This document shows positions 60,601 to 64,000 of a stretch of 64,000 nucleotides of DNA, piece by piece. The notes below the pieces were generated by a model, which ran no database searches, had not been told where the DNA came from, and saw only the letters and a program-made list of their open reading frames with translations. A program made the position numbers and the translations under genes. Source of the stretch: Octopus bimaculoides. Lineage: Eukaryota. The first letter of the stretch is position 1. Each line of letters opens with the position of its first letter. The stretch covers positions 76,138,620-76,202,619 of the forward strand of contig NC_068984.1 of NCBI RefSeq assembly GCF_001194135.2, read 5' to 3'.

Positions 60601-63224
60601 ACCTGCTAGATAAAAATCTCTTGTCTGGGAAAAGAGTGGGGGAATGGCTATAAAGGACATGCCTGTATGTATGGAGCCTTTGTGATGGAGTATGATTTGG
60701 GAATATAACCCTAAGATTTTAATTCATGAACATTAATTAAATATGGACATGTTTTTGTCTTGTTAAGCTTCACCAGCAAAGCGTAATGACTGTGACTGTT
60801 AGATATTAGAATGGTCAGAGAAGTGTGGGATTTGTAATGAATGAAAGCAGTAGCATTGAGAATTTTTAAAAAATATGAGAGTGGGAAAATATATCCAGGG
60901 ATGCCTGCTGCATCAAGACATAACAGCAAAGTCTAGCATACAGTCATTTTATAAACCAGGACGTAAAGATAGACGAAATGCCGCTATGCATTTTGCCCGG
61001 CATGCTAACGATTCTGCCAGCATGTCAATAATAATAATAACGCTGTTGAAAAAGAATAAAAGCTACCCAATTACTTCTTTAACAACATCAACATCAATAA
61101 CAACATTGACAGATCATTTAAAAGTAGAAACACAGACATTAAAAGAAAAGGAGAGAAAAAACAAACAAAAATAGCCTGGAGCTATCGTCAGAGCATTCTT
61201 CCATATCGTTTTGTTTAACCAAAATAAAAGCAAGGGCAGACAACCCTGAAATTTTTAGTGAAATCAGTTTAATGTAGAATACAGTGGAGACTGGGTATGC
61301 TCTTTAGCAATATGGTGATCTGAATGTGTATGCATGAACTCTGCTGAAGGCATCCAAGGTCCTGATTGTAGTGTTTTAGGATAGCACCAAGCAAGTAGCT
61401 TTGTAATAGCATTCTGGCTATACATGTGTATGTGTTATAGGTGTAGTAATAGTATGGGTTCAGAATTAACAAGAATAACATAGAAAACAAAACATTAGTT
61501 TGACACTCAGTAAGAGATTAAAAGAGTAGAGATGTCTCTGATGTTTCAAATTCAAGCTGCTCTTCAGAATGTTAGATAGCTATAAGGGAAAACATGCATC
61601 GTTGTTATCATCCTCAAGTCTAAGATAACTTCTGTTTTAGTATGAGGTTGGGTTTGCAATACAAGTTCTTTCTGCCATGCATCTTGTGTAAGTGTTGTCT
61701 CACATTTGACTTCCATGTCTCTACATGCTCCGTCTCCTCCCTGCCTATCTCTCTCTCTCTCTCTCTCTTTTTCACCTGTAATGTTTCATCTCAATTTTTT
61801 GCTTTTGATTTCTTCCCAAGACTTTGGCCAGCCTCCACTATAAAGTATTTAACCTTGCTACAACTTTGTCAGAAATAGCAACCAAATCTTAATACACTCA
61901 CAACTGTTTAAAAAAAAAACCAGGAAATTTCACATTGAATATTATACTCTTAGAGAGATGCTTTAAAAAAAAAATAAAAAAGGAAGATGGAATGGTCATA
62001 CCTAGAACACGTTTGATCATAGCTTTGCTCAATCAGAGCTAACTCAGGTCTAAAGAATGTGCCCTTTATTGATTCATTGCTCATTTTTCACCTTGTTTTT
62101 TACCATCCACTGACATCTCAATCTGAACTAGTCAAATATATCTAACATTTTCAGGACTATGCAGCCCATTTTCTCGTAGAAAATTAATTCTAAAGATAAA
62201 ATAGTTTGCAAGAGAAAATAAGAAAAAATCCAATTATATAAAAAGACCATATCTTTTTTTGTAATCTTTCTCTCGTGATCAGCTCTGAATGTGGAATAAT
62301 GGTAATTTCATTTTACCATAGTTCTACTTGAATGCATAACATCTATCTCTTCTTTTTTAATTATATATGCGTGTGTGTGTGTGTGTGTGTGTACACATAC
62401 ACATAAAAAAAATAACAAGACAGCAAGCTTTATTGCCATAACGATAAAACAATTTTGGTTTTTAGTTGTTTTTTGTTTTTTCCACATATTTTTAACATTT
62501 GGGATTTTTTGAAATTTTAATTTCATCATCCTTTTAACGGCCACTACACACACACTCACACACACACACCAATTTATATTTAAATATGAAATAAGGCATA
62601 AAGTAACTTATGTATCATTCAGAAATATTTCTTTCATTTCAGTTATTCATTCGTTCATTTTCAGATTTGTTCTTCTTTTTTTCCTTCTAATAATTCTAAA
62701 TTACTGACATTATTTTTAGATTATCTTTTCATTACATTCCACTCTCCTTTTTTTAATTTATATTTTTCTACTTATATTTACATATCTATTTTTTGTTCTT
62801 TTTTTGATTTTGCATAGAACTTATTGCTACTTACCAGAATGTGAAATGTAGGCCTAAGATTCCTCACCTAATCAATATGTAAATGGAAGTATTTTTAAAT
62901 TAAGTCCAGATATCAGGGAAATTATATTTATCTTTTATTTATTCATCAGTTTATTTATGTACTAAGATAATATATGTATTTTAATGCTGTTTCCTGATCA
63001 GATATCAGAGAAGTGATTAATTCTAAGACTCAGTTTTGTTTCTCTCTCTTTTAGTTCTCTCATTTTTTTTTTTTGTTTTGTCTTGTTTTCTTTTGTTTCT
63101 TTTACCATTTGAAAGCTATATGGTTTTTCATCCTTTTGTAGCCAATAAAATAAGTACCAAGTTTAATTTAATCAAGTAAATCCCATCCCAAATATGTATA
63201 GCCTTTTGCCTATGAAGAAAATCA

Positions 63225-63263
<39 letters not shown>

Positions 63264-63696
63264 CGTGACTATCTTTCTATCTATCTATCTATCTATCTGT
63301 CTATCTTTTTATCTATTTATCTATCTGTCTTCCTCTATCTTCCTATCTACCCCTCTGTCCTGGCCTCTACTTCACTGCTTCTGTCCTTTCCTCCTTGTTC
63401 CACTTCCNNNNNNNNNNNNNNNNNNNNNNNNNNNNNNNNNNNNNNNNNNNNNNNNNNNNNNNNNNNNNNNNNNNNNNNNNNNNNNNNNNNNNNNNNNNNN
63501 NNNNNNNNNNNNNNNNNNNNNNNNNNNNNNNNNNNNNNNNNNNNNNNNNNNNNNNNNNNNNNNNNNNNNNNNNNNNNNNNNNNNNNNNNNNNNNNNNNNN
63601 NNNNNNNNNNNNNNNNNNNNNNNNNNNNNNNNNNNNNNNNNNNNNNNNNNNNNNNNNNNNNNNNNNNNNNNNNNNNNNNNNNNNNNNNNNNNNNNG

Positions 63697-63900
63697 TCTT
63701 GGTTTGTGTTTGCCACCTTGGAATCCTCTGTGTAGTGGGTTGATCCACTACTCAGGAAGAGACTATTCTAGAGTACGTTCTGTCTTATCTTCGAAACGTC
63801 TAGATAGAATAGAGACAGCTGATGAAGGGATATTCCAAGTGGCTTTCCGTTTTCCTATGTGTTCGTTCCGTTGTCTGTAGTTTATTGTTCTAACGTCCTG
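63697..63900 (+). mobile_element. CpG-rich repeat with hammerhead-like half motifs (Penelope-like?)
   Basis: Hairpin GTAGTGG/CCACTAC; GAAGA..CGAAACGTC at 63756-63800; CTGATGAAGGGATAT at 63819-63833 is identical to 15841-15855. Confidence 0.45.
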
Positions 63901-64000
63901 TACCCTGATATGCATATATATACACATGTAGATGTAAGTATGTACATATATGTGTGTATACATGTATATATATTCCTTGTATTATATATATATATATAGT

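Overview
AT-rich, microsatellite-laden eukaryotic genomic DNA from a gapped short-read assembly. The repeat families I recognise from memory (tRNA-derived SINEs with (ATT)n tails, RTE LINE 3' ends with (GAT)n tails, a piggyBac-type MITE) point to an octopus genome; this is inference. Only one convincing coding exon is visible: the first exon (6682-6174, minus strand) of an unidentified, probably nuclear protein, whose gene continues off the left edge. It starts at a compact, apparently bidirectional promoter (CRE palindrome, ETS site, YY1-like motifs on both strands). The remaining ~57 kb looks like intronic sequence of a divergent + strand transcript (strong donor at 7055, candidate non-coding exons at 21654-21762 and 55708/55810-55912) and is filled with decayed transposons: CR1 and RTE LINE fragments, a Gypsy integrase plus LTR, mariner, hAT and piggyBac MITEs, a Helentron-like element and many SINEs. 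The most unusual items are Penelope-type minimal hammerhead ribozyme motifs, a 5S rRNA copy fused to a tRNA-SINE head, a ~200-bp bipartite RTE-derived element, a head-to-tail array of about seven SINEs, a tail-to-tail RTE pair, and a CpG-retention boundary near 8.5 kb. An Illumina adapter remnant sits at 59984-59995. I found no CRISPR array and no multi-gene novel system. Most ORF-track entries are artefacts of N-gaps and microsatellites. All protein and repeat similarities were judged by eye, with no database search.
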